Origin: Paragordius varius
Taxonomy: Eukaryota > Animalia > Nematomorpha
Direction: 5' to 3'
Assembly (NCBI GenBank): GCA_964247055.1
Contig: OZ176053.1
Span: forward strand, 5,642,001 to 5,706,000
Length of the DNA: 64,000 nucleotides
Each line of letters starts with the position of its first letter. The stretch's first letter is position 1. Positions 1 through 11,506 of the stretch are shown here, one piece after another. The notes under the pieces were generated by a model. The model had not been told where the DNA came from, did not search any database, and saw only the letters and a list, made by a program, of their open reading frames with translations. A program made the translations under genes and the position numbers.

Positions 1-46
1 ATTATATATAACGTCGAACATATTTAATTTCAATTACTATAATATA

Positions 47-254
47 CAGAATGTATATGTTTGACCCATTCCCATTATTGTTGACCAATTGTCAACACAG
101 TAAAGTATGCGTAAAAACGATCGAATGTTGAAATAAAACAATTTTTTCCTTTTGTTTAATTACTTATGGACGAAATTTGTTTTATACCACACGCCACTGT
201 ATTACCAAATTGGCCAACAATAATGTGAATAGGCCAGCCTAAATACGTCTACTG
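47..254. mobile_element. Tc1/mariner-like MITE in a NUP93 intron
   Basis: TA|CAGA...ACTG|TA ends; internal inverted match ATTCCCATTATTGTTGACCAATT vs reverse complement ATTCACATTATTGTTGGCCAATT; no ORF. Confidence 0.6.
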
Positions 255-493
255 TATAATATCGCTGACATAATTTAAAATTTAAATAAATATAAGAGAC
301 TAAAAATTATGGATTAATAATAATTTTAACTTATTTCCATAAATTCTCTTGCCCTTTAAACATTTTTTGCAAAGTTCTAATGATCTGAATTAAAATTTAC
401 ATTTGAAAATTATTAAATAAGACACTTCATAGATAGTTTTCTTCGATATTCAAAAAAATCCAAAAGCATCAAATAAATGAATATAATTTATAC

Positions 494-3400
494 CAAAAAG
501 TAATGAAAAAAATCAAGATTATACTTGACCAAATTGACATAATGCAGAGCTATATTGAATTGTCCAGCACGTAAGGCATGATATAAAAACATCCAAATAG
601 GGACGGAATCAAGTGTCAATTTATTGTCTTCACTACTCGAATAAGCCATACCCCTATCATTTAACCGTGGCTGTTTCATTTTTAACAAAAAGTTAAAGTC
701 AGATATAATGGCATAAACGTAATTTATAAAATAATTGTTCATTTTGGAGTTGTGAGTGTTATAAATATAATAAAAGAATCAACGGATGAAAAATTTGTAA
801 GTAAATAATGTATCGGTTTTTTGGTAAAAGATAAGGTGATAATTTATTCCAAGATTTCAAAATAGTAAGTCACGATATTTTTGGGATGTCACAAAAAAAT
901 AATATGCAAGTTTTATATATTTTTTGGCATATAAGATTTCAATTACATTTACTTTTTTATAATTTGTTCTTAGTTATTCAGTTTAACATATTACACTATA
1001 TCAACCAAAAAAGAATTATCAAAAACTTGTTTAGGGAAAAAATAATACATTATACCTTTTCATCCAACATGGTTGGATTATAAACACCCCGTTTGTTTGC
1101 TAAATGCCAAACATATGCTCTAATGTTAAGATAAGCATTAGCTATGATAGAATCTGAAAATTCGATTGTTTTATGCGCTAATTTTGACGTAGGAACGACC
1201 GAACCAAAAAAGGCGTTATTTGTTAACTTTGGATCAACCATGTAAGTTCCATTAACGTTCCCAAATTGATTATTAATGTTGGATTGTTGTTGATTATTAT
1301 TTTCAACATACTTTTGCACATGTTGAAAAAATCTAAGGATAAAAGCGTCAAAAATGGATGAAATTAAAAGGTTTTAAGATGATAGCAACATTGATAATTA
1401 ATTGTAAAAATGTATAATAATAAAAGTAATTATGATATATTTACGTGAGCATCGAATGCCAATATTTTAAAATATACGAATCAATTAAAGCAAATAATTT
1501 TAAACAACACTTAATATCTATCCACTATGAAAAGCTTCAAAAAAAATAGGTATTGTATTGACATTTAAATAAATTCCCCTATGCAATTCAAATAATAAAA
1601 TTTTATAGCTTGCGTAAAGGATAAGCGAAATATGTGTTAAAAGGAATGTAAAGCTACAAAATTTTGAAAATTCTGCTACCAAATTAATTTATACAGTTTT
1701 TCAACAAAAATACAACTTATGGTTTATATTTACCCAAATTAAAATTTCATTCTCATAATAAGGTTTAAATGTATGGACAAAATATAACTTATGCAAATCA
1801 TGTAACTTTTTGCTGTAAAATTCGGTAAGGTTAACATTAGATATAAAATTATAAACTAAAAAAATTACTGAGTTTGAAGGTATGTCTTTGTATAATATAT
1901 ATGTTCGCATTGATATTCAGAGCTCGATCTGTATTCCAATATGGCTTTGCTAAAAGAATCACCAAATGTGGCATTTAACCCATCTGTTAAAGTATTAGGC
2001 TTTCTAACAATATTACTAAGCATCTCCCATGTCATAATGCAATCCTGGCAAAAATATAGAGGTATGGTGGAATTAAAAAATTATATATTTTGTAAATTCA
2101 AAAAAAATTGAGAATTAAAAACTAATTACCATATAAAGTAATTCGTTATATAATTATTAATCATCAAAAACCTATTTTATAGCAAAAAACGAATGGTACA
2201 TTCAAATTTCGCCCTATTTTTTAATTTAAATTCTCGCTTACAATTTATGCAAATCTTTATTAAATCAAAATCAAAATTACTTTATTATCACTATATAGCT
2301 TTGCGCATTGCGTAAAAGCATGTAACAAATGTAATGATGAATGCTGAGTGTTTATAGAGTCAAAATTGATATTTTCAACGATTGAAGTAGCGTTTAAATT
2401 CAGGCTGTAATTATAAGTTATCAATTGTTGAGCTTGAGCAGACTCCAATACTGATAAACATGTCGCTTTACTAGACGGTTGTATGCTATCCGCAAAAGAT
2501 TGATTGACCTCAACATTTGGATTAAATTCTGTTTTAACAACAAAGGGAAAAGTAATGGTTTGACTTTTATTGTGTAGCCTGGATGAAAGGGGTGTTTGTG
2601 ACATAACTGATACATTCTAAACATAATAACGAATAAAATTTATATTATGGTGGATGTACTGTTCGAAAATCGAAGGGTAATAATATAAAGCTTTATCTGA
2701 AATCCCGTAATTTTGAAAAAATTAAAGTAGGTCAATAAAAACTCTTATGTAAAATTTTAAACATATTAAACAATTTACAAATTCTAGGGTATAAAAAAAT
2801 ATCCTAATAAAATATATATATATTCTGATGATAAATGAATATATCAGAATAATCATACTACATTTGGTGTTGAGTCATTTAATTAAATTGTTACCAGTTT
2901 TTTGGTACTCTCCACTTAAAAAATCGCAAATTTTGCCCACAGTATGCTAAATAAATTATTATGGTAATAACTAAATGATTCATTCTAAAAATTCCTTAAT
3001 ATAAATTATACACTAAAGCATAATAATATTTTTTTAATTTGTAATTTTTAAATGGAAGGTAGTCTTAAATTTTTGACCACCTCTAAAATGGATTAGTTTA
3101 AAATTAAAAGCGAAAATTCCGAGATTTTATGGGCCAAATTTATAAATATTTTCGAAGCTCACCAATAAATATTAAAATTTTATAAAAATATTAATATGCG
3201 TTTCAAATATAGAGTACATGATATATACTAATGCTATTTTTTGCAATAAAAAATTTAGCTCTCACCAAAACATTTATTTAGCATAATGTGCTCAAATTTT
3301 GCGCAATTACCACAAAACTTTAATATTTCTTTTCAATGATTCGTAAGGCCCAAAACAAAAAGCACCATGAAAATCCTAATTTTCTATCAGAAAATATATA

Positions 3401-4280
3401 TTTCGTCAAATATTTTTGTGTAGGCACTGTGTTACATATATAAAGGTTATAAGGTAGGGAATTACTATTTTAACGATACTTATGGGTCCTGTTAAATTTT
3501 GCTATAAAGAAAGCATCTATGACATAGTAATCATATTTTAATATTAATTGATGAACGTATTAATAAATAAAATATTCAAAACCAATAATTTTAAATAAAT
3601 TGGCCAACTTTAAAAAAATATTATCTATAGATGCACATTTATGTTAAACACTAACTATTGAAAATCATCATTTCCCTAAAAACTCAATAAAATTATATAT
3701 TACCCTAAGAGTTCGACTATCAGCCAAAATTTTCGGGTTTTGCAATATGCCAGTCATAGATGGAGCGAAAGATCCTAATTCAAAAGCTAAATCGCGCTTT
3801 TCATGTGCCCATATATCATGTAAAACATCTTCACAAAATTGATCACATTTGTCATTGACCTATAAATAAGTATATTAAAAACCAATTTTTGTGTATTCTC
3901 TATCAGTGTTATGATAGTATTTTCCCTTTGGTTATTTATGAAAGCCTGTATATAGTTAGAAACGAATACATCAATGTCGGTATATGCATATATTTCGAGA
4001 TCATCAACCTTCTTTAATTTACTATGATCAACAGCATCAGGAACAGCAATGTCTTTATCTCCTAGTAAGAGCGATCTAAAAAATTAATAAATAATTACGC
4101 TTTAAAAAGATCTGACTCTTGAACACCTCCTTTATGCTTATTAAGTATATTTTGACTTTCTTCCAACAATTGATATATGTTTTTATTTAATTTTGGTAGA
4201 GTGCTTGAAATGGAATTGTCTAAATGGACATTTAAATGTTGAGCTTTTTTCAATATATCTTCTAAGTTTTGGACCTGCAT
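494..4280 (-). CDS. NUP93: Nuclear pore complex protein Nup93/Nic96, 5' part (continues beyond position 1)
   Basis: In-phase GT-AG exons 4280-4099, 4075-3970, 3945-3883, 3859-3704, 2614-2281, ~2045-1869, ~1332-1062, 671-494. Peptides match Nup93: LEDILKKAQHL...KA|SLLLG, TDID|AFINNQRENTII, CLSVLESAQAQQLITYN, VPIWMFLYHALRAG (human HPVWALIYYCMRCG). Confidence 0.9.
3330..3390. repeat. Dispersed repeat fragment, second copy in opposite orientation at ~62960-63020
   Basis: Reverse complement CTGATAGAAAATTAGGATTTTCATGGTGCTTTTTGTTTTGGGCCTTACGA aligns with CTGATGGTATATCAGGATTATCATGGTGCTTTTCGTATGGGCCATACGA at ~62965. Confidence 0.6.
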
Positions 4281-4599
4281 GGAAATTTGAATCTCTAGCT
4301 TTACGAGAAAAGGCGAACCAAATGAATAATTATAAAAACTCCATTCTTTTATATATTAGAGATACATTATTTATCTTTTTAAATTTCTAAGTATGGATCA
4401 ATAATAATAACTAGTAAAAATCATTCATATATATTATTAAATATTGTATTTTACAGTTAATATTTGAAAAATAACCTGGTACGTATATAAATCAATAATT
4501 AATTATTGTCAAAATTAAATTACTAAATAATTTTACTTTGATTTTAATGACCCTAGACCATATTTATTAATACTATTAAAAACTAATGAAGGAGGCGGT

Positions 4600-7230
4600 T
4601 TAAAATTTTTGCTTCAATCCCGAAAATTATATAAATGAGCCAAAATCTAAAAAGTAATTCTAAGAAGCTTGTATCTAACTGCTAGACTCCATTTATTTTT
4701 TTATTATTTACAATAGATCTTGTATTTTAATTTCTAATGCGAAAATTAAAGGTAATTTTTATTATAGATACCTAATATTAATATAAACAGAAAATGATTA
4801 TTTTTGTGTTTAGGTGATTCACACATGTCATGTTAGCTAAATTTTATTTTTGAGTTCCATATAGTTTTTTGAGTAAATCTTTTTTATATTAATATTAAAA
4901 TTTAAAAGCTTTTGCAAAAAATAATTGTTATACAGGCCTGGGGTCATTAATTAATTCACTTATCGAAGGACTGAAATGATTGTGTTGTATCCAAGTGTTA
5001 ACAAGTGTGAATGGATTTGCTACAATAATATTTAAAATATTTAACATTAGTGACTTTTTTACATCTTTTTAGCTGACATATTGGGGTTTATAGAGCTCTT
5101 TGTAAATAAAGTACTGTTTAGAAAGTTATTTTAGTTATATATTAATTACCAAACATTGTATCAGGTATTAGATACGCTTATATTTTTATTTTATGGCTTC
5201 TAGAGTGAATAATTGAGACAGCTCCAAAACACAACGGAAACGAACAGCTGATATCCAAAATATATCATTTATTCTGGTAAATGCAACATGAACGTTTTTA
5301 AATAATATATACACTTTCTGATTATAATATCCATTTATTTGGCTCTTGCATTAGCGATTTATAAATTTAAGGTAAAAAATGGCGGCGAAAATATTGGGAT
5401 GGGGAATTTTTTCAAAATTTAACTTTTTTAAGAAGTTTTTTTGTATTATGCGCTAAAGAAAGCCGTATTTTTAAATTCGGCCTAACCTTATATATTTTTT
5501 ACAATATTCAAATAAATTGTTCTCATAAAAGTACCCCAAAAAATGGAGTGTTAACACTTGGATGCAACACACTCATTTTAATCCTTCGATTCAAATTGGG
5601 GTAGTTGGATACCTTAGGCCTATTTAAAATTAAATACTTTAAAAAGTATGGAAGAAATAGAACGATGGCGAAATTTTGCAATTATATAACATTAATTAAC
5701 CAAAATATATAAAAAATTTTATTCAAAAATACTTGAAATTACTTATTTTAAGCTAAAACTGAAAGGTAAAAATTTCGTCAACGTGACATGTGTGAAATTG
5801 TAAAAAAAAGTAATACAAAACATACCGCTTTTTCTATTTCTATCAATGTTAGATGTAATTTAAATAAAAAATTAGCTTTAATTTTACCGTTAAATTTAAA
5901 TAAAGACGATATTTTGCAAAAATTTTGCAAAATAAAAATGGCGAAGTAGTTTGACATGGAACTTTTTTTTCAAAACAAAATTTTATTTAGATATTTTGGC
6001 ATATCTATATAATTTTTATTAGGATAGAAGCATAAATTTAAATTGGGACCGTTTCCTTCAGTATTTTTTTAAAAATATTTTTTTAAATTTAGTCTGGGGT
6101 ATTTAGATACCCCAATTTGAATCGAAGTGTTAATAAAGCACCTATCAAATGCAAATTTTTAAATTTTTTTAAATAACAATGTTATCACTTTGATACAACA
6201 TATTTTCAGTTTCGATTAATTGGGTAGTTAAAAACCCCAGGCCTGTTTACAATTAAACTCAAAAAATATGGACTGAATAGAAATATCAAAAGTTTGCACT
6301 TACTTAAAATTAATGCTGAAATATTAAAAAAAATTTCAAAAAATACTATTGTTTCATAAAACCAAATGTAAAAATTCAGTCAACATGAAATGTGTGCATT
6401 AGCTAAATTTAAAATAATAATACAAAATAAACCACTTTTTCTGTTTCTATCAATGCCAGATATGATTTTATTTGCTTTGATTTTAGAGGAATAACATCAA
6501 TTACACCCGATATTTTGCAAAAATTAGCAAAATAAAAATGGCGTCGAAGCAGTTTGATATGGTTTTTTTTAAAACTAAATTTTTAGGTATTTCGGCTTAT
6601 TTAAATAATTTTTATTAGAATAGAAGCATAAATTTAAATTGATACCGTTTCTTACAGTAGTTTTGTAAAAATATCAACTTAAATGTAGTCCCAAGTGTTA
6701 AACGCGGTACAGTGTTAAAAACCAATATTAAATTAATAACTTACTGAAAATGCTGTGGAAATTAAATTAACACTTCAATTCAAATTGAGGTATCGTAGGG
6801 ATTCTAGACTATATTTAAGTTATTTTTTAAAAAATCTACTTAAAAGTTATCATATCAAACTATTCCTGGCCATTTTTATTTTAAACCATTTTGGCAACAT
6901 ATCGTGTTTTTTATTTTAACGCTAAAATTGAGGCTAATTTTTTATTTTAATTACATCTAAGATTGACATAAACAGAAAAAATGGTTTATTTTTCATTATT
7001 ATTATATTTAGCTTATCCACACGGGTCGAGTTGACTAAATTTTTACCTGGAGATTTATCATAAAAATCAATAACAAATTATTTAATATATCTTTTTTTAT
7101 AGGATAAATGTTTTATAAGTGCATTTTGCAATGGTTTTAATTTGTTCCATATTTCTAAAATATTTAATCACAGGCCTGAGATCCTCAATTACCCCAATTT
7201 GAATAAAAGTTTGTTGTGTTGTATCCCATT
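4600..7230. mobile_element. Cluster of ~5 copies of a ~550-600 bp TTAA-flanked (piggyBac-like) non-autonomous element
   Basis: Best copy 5555-6129: TTAA|CACTT...TTCGATTCAAATTGGGGTA ... TACCCCAATTTGAATCGAAGTG|TTAA. Other copies ~4600-4997 (-), ~5050-5550 (+, decayed), 6186-6697 (+), 6771-7228 (-) share AAAATGGCG..GTTTGA.ATGG, ACCACTTTTTCTGTTT and CAGGCCTG. Confidence 0.75.
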
Positions 7231-7571
7231 AACTTAATTAATCTTTGAATTAAAACTAAAAATACAATAGTAGTTAACACCTTCCTATAATCACTATCGA
7301 GATTTCTCAAAAGTTTCACCTATTACTTTTCAGTTTAAATTTAATTTTAATATCATTTTAAGGTGGTTTTCGTATTAGCTTTTGAACAACATTAATTCTT
7401 GTTTAACGAATACAAAAAAATCAATTCCGTAGTTCACCATTATACAAAAGTGTTAATTTAATAGATTAGTAGGAAATTCTTAAGTAGCTATACTAGTAAT
7501 CTAGGGTTAATCATGGTGTATATTACCGATTCATTTATATGCAGAGTTGAATAAATATTAAATACGAAATT

Positions 7572-7670
7572 GATATGTGTGAAATCCCAAGTTAAATCGT
7601 TTTATGCACTGATGATTGCTAATTATCACAAAACTGATCTGCAATTACCGTTGACTAAAGTTTTCACAAT
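7572..7670 (+). ncRNA. Decayed copy of the hammerhead-ribozyme hairpin element (probably inactive)
   Basis: Colinear with the reverse complement of 30507-30608; CTGATGA kept but GAAA changed to AAAA, GTC to ATC, stem II mismatched; homology extends ~60 bp upstream. Confidence 0.7.
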
Positions 7671-8680
7671 TACCTTGTATTTTGAGTTTAAATTAATAAT
7701 CGTAACTCTAATTCCAATATCATTTCCAGTTAACGGCATTTTATAGAGTTTTCATTATCCTTTCGAATGATATATTACGAATGGGCATTTGTTGTATATT
7801 TTCAAAAAAAAACATTTTTTGATTAAAATATTGATAAAAAGGGCTCATAATAAAAGAAAACAAATTATACAAAATTCTTAGGGGAATTATAATTTTTATT
7901 TCAGATTACTGTTAAAATAATAGTAAATATCAGAAAATGCAAAAGACTCGAGTGGCAGAAAAAATTTTCTAGTGTAATATTTCTATTTTTATATTCGTTC
8001 TATGAGTATATACCCCAAAGGTATTAACGAATATTCATGTAATCAAGAAAATAATCTTATTCTAATTTAAAAATTGGAGCTATATAAAAGGGGTGTATTT
8101 TGTGTAAGAGCTGTAATTTTAAAAATATTATGGTAAAGTTTTTTAACTATTAATATCCATCAGTTGTCCTATAAATTGGATAAAATACAGTTTTGTATGT
8201 TAGGTTAAATTTTAAATAGCACCTAATATGTTTAATATGTCTTAAAATATTGTGACAATATTAAAATAAAACCAAATTTGGAGCATATTTAATGGTTCAG
8301 GGAATAATCATCTCTAAAAGAGCATAGTTTTTTGAATCAAGTATTATCAAATAGAAGCGTATAAATATTTGCATACATAGGATATAACATTATATAATGT
8401 TACACTTTTTTCAGATTTTGGTATCGCTAGAGAATTTGGATTTTATTCGTTATTAAAATATTATTGCAATTAAAAATACAAGGGTAAAGCAAATAAGTAT
8501 GCTCTAGAATATGCGCTCCTAATTTATTATATTTCGATTATGGCTAAAAATAAAAAAATGTATTTGTATATTGGTATTTATTAATAAAAGTATAAAAAAT
8601 AAATGTTTTGATCATTTTATATAGTTTGTCGCTTTAAACGAGTGATGAGTAGAATAGATTTTTCCATTTTAAATACACAA

Positions 8681-11052
8681 TTAATACACAGGTCGGTTAT
8701 TGTAGTAATCTATTGGCCTTTCAATTTGGACCGGTACTTGACGACCTGGATCACCTGTGAGAACACCACCTGGGGGCGCATTTCTATAATAATCAGGTGG
8801 TAGGGGGTAAGGAGGTCCATACAGAACCCTGGGATCACGTTCCATAGTGGAGGAATGTTGTGGGTAATACCTATACGGTATAAAACATATTTTATATAAT
8901 ATTAGCTCTCTTATATTTGAAGTTTTTTATATAATTAACTAAATGCAAAATATAAACAACGCCTCCAAAATAATATGTAAGCCCGCGAAAATTTTAAAAA
9001 GTACCTTTAAATATATACGAAATCTAATTTGCACATAAAATTTTAAATCTTAATTAAATTGATATATCTACAAATTTTTTTATAAGTCTTTCAAAATTTT
9101 GGCAATGAACTGGCAAAAAATGCTAAAAAATATACTGTACTTTGCAGTCTTAATATTTTATTATGCCCATATATTTTTCGAATGCGGGTCGCCGGCTCTT
9201 ATAGACTCAAAAATATGGCAGGTTAGCCATTTATGTTGGACACCCCTGATATAGACACTATCCTTATTATTAATATAGCTAAGCTGATATATATTCAGTT
9301 TTTAATTATAATCTTAGCTATTAGGAAAAAACCGGTAAAAATCTGGTATGACATTCCACCAATCATTCAAAAAAATATATAAATTTAAGTGGTGATTTAA
9401 AAGATAAATTGTACGAAACTTTAATTCCTTAAATAGAATGTTATATTCGGATAACTAGGCACTGAATTATTTGCAAAGTTAGGGGCATTATGAGAATAAT
9501 TTAAGTTTCGCAATATTTCACGAAACATATTTTGTCATATTAAAACATGCTTTGGTTTATCATCATTTTTACATAAGACTGTGTGATAATTAGATAAAAG
9601 TGGTGACAAATTTAAAATTAGTTTTTTTTAAAAAAAACTCTAAGTATACAAAAATCATATTTGATTGTATACTAAAAATTTTATTGCAAAAAAAGAAAGG
9701 CAAAAAAAGTAATATGATTGCCTTAAAATATATGTGATCTAATGAAATTACCCTGAAACAGGACTTCCAGGACCAGCCGTGGAAGGTATTGTGGATTGAT
9801 TATTGTATTTCCATGCTCTTTCTTGATCGCGTATTTTGCGAAAATTTTGGTATTCCCGAATGAGGAATACAAGACTTAGTATATACAGAAGGGCGGCAAT
9901 AAAACCAAAAACCTAATAATAAAGATTATGGCATTAATGCCAATTAATTCATAAAATTATTATTATACATATACAATTATATTTGCGAATTAATTAAATC
10001 AGAATTTTTATTTCATTTTTTTTAAAAAATTATTAAAAATTATATAGCTATTGTGACTAATTATGAAAACATTTTCATTTTTTTTAATTTTTAAATAGCA
10101 TTTATAGTGTTTTTATTGGTAAAAATAATTGGAAAGTAATAGTATTCAATTGAACATTGAATTTATATAGGCCATTAAATTAGTTTTTTGAGACTTTTTT
10201 AAAAAAATCATTTTTTTGAGAATCTTTTCAAACGTATATTCTGAATATCTATATCAATAAATATTAATAGCTAATTTATCTAAATCGTCTAAACTAATCA
10301 TACGCAAAAAAATTGAAAATGAAAATTATCAAAAATTGAAAAATTAACTTACAGCTGCGACGATATGTCCAGATGAGCAAACATATATGGATAAATAAAC
10401 TGAACTGATGAGCAAAAGTATGATTGCGACTATATGGTATAGAATATCCTACCAAGGATAACATAGGAGAAATAAATATTTAAATTTATATTTATTAATT
10501 AAACAAAATTGAGATTATTTTAATAAAATATATAAAAAAATTATAAAATACATACCAATATATAAATATCAAAAAATCGAAGTCGCCATTGACATTGGCA
10601 AAGGTAAATGAATAGGAAAAGTACATTAAACCATATTAATGACATTGTGACTGTGCTAAAGAAACGGTATGGTCTCAGACCAAAAAAACACCAAAAAGCT
10701 AATTCAATGGCTATGAAAGCTATGATGAGTGGAACCTTTAAATATGCCAATAAATTATATATGAATTATTATATTAGTTTTAGGTATGTGATTGACAACA
10801 TATTAGTTTTTTTAAATATTAACGTCCTTTTGGTTTAATTCCATTTAACTTATAATTGATGTGTCAGGTTTCCCCTTTTAAGTAATAATTTGAGATAAAT
10901 TTATTAAAAATTAATGTTTTGTCACATTCAAAAATTTATTTTCAAGTTTTGGGTATAAAAATAAAAAACGGCCTGACCACTTATCAATTTACTTTTTCAT
11001 AATTAAAATAATTAGTACAACCTCTGATTGGGCGAAATCATACTTAAATTAA

Positions 11053-11102
<50 letters not shown>

Positions 11103-11506
11103 ATTTAAAAAATATGATTCATAGGATAGACAAGACAAAACTTAAAGCAAAAATCTTTCGGTGAGTGCATTTTATAGATTATAATGTAACGGCTTAGGGG
11201 TTTAAACAATTATCTATTGCCTTTAATATTATCGCTTTCCATGTTCGATAACAAATATTAAATGTTAGGTGTTACCAATTGTAGGAGTCGTAAAAACCCC
11301 GTTGGTCGTCCCAACATAGCCATATCATTGCGTATAAGAGGTCCCCGGGTTCGATCAAAACATAAGGGAATACATCCGCAACATTTTACACTGTAACCGC
11401 GCTCATGTTCAGTTTCAGTTATAACTCTTTCAGTCCCGCGCCCTGAAGGCAAAGGACCACCTGTAACATTATCTCGATAGTTGTAGGAATATCCAGTTCT
11501 TTCCAT
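8681..11506 (-). CDS. MARVEL-domain four-TM protein (CMTM/plasmolipin-like) with a Pro/Tyr-rich C-terminal tail
   Basis: In-phase exons 11506-11276, 10735-10556, 10448-10353, 9912-9752, 8870-8681; PTGFLRLLQL|VPLIIAFIAI, DILYHIVAIILLLISS, AA|VFGFIAALLY match the MARVEL pattern. Confidence 0.8.
8960..9250. mobile_element. Partial hAT-like MITE related to 45187-45498
   Basis: Ends in GTTGGACACCCCTG; shares TGCCCATATAT..TTCGAATGCG and GCCCGCGAAA with the 45187 copy; left end not found. Confidence 0.5.
11056..11099. repeat. (TA)n microsatellite; shorter ones near 14741, 27568, 48778, 49137 and 55671
   Basis: About 22 consecutive AT/TA units. Confidence 0.95.

Noticed and set aside
3676-3703. Apparent 28-nt GT-AG intron after NUP93 exon 4
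   Set aside because: The downstream sequence reaches a stop within 7 codons; the donor joins in phase to the exon at 2614 instead.
11340-11360. GGTTCGA, resembling a tRNA T-loop
   Set aside because: It lies antisense within MARVEL exon 1 and no cloverleaf can be formed. No tRNA or rRNA gene was recognised in the window.
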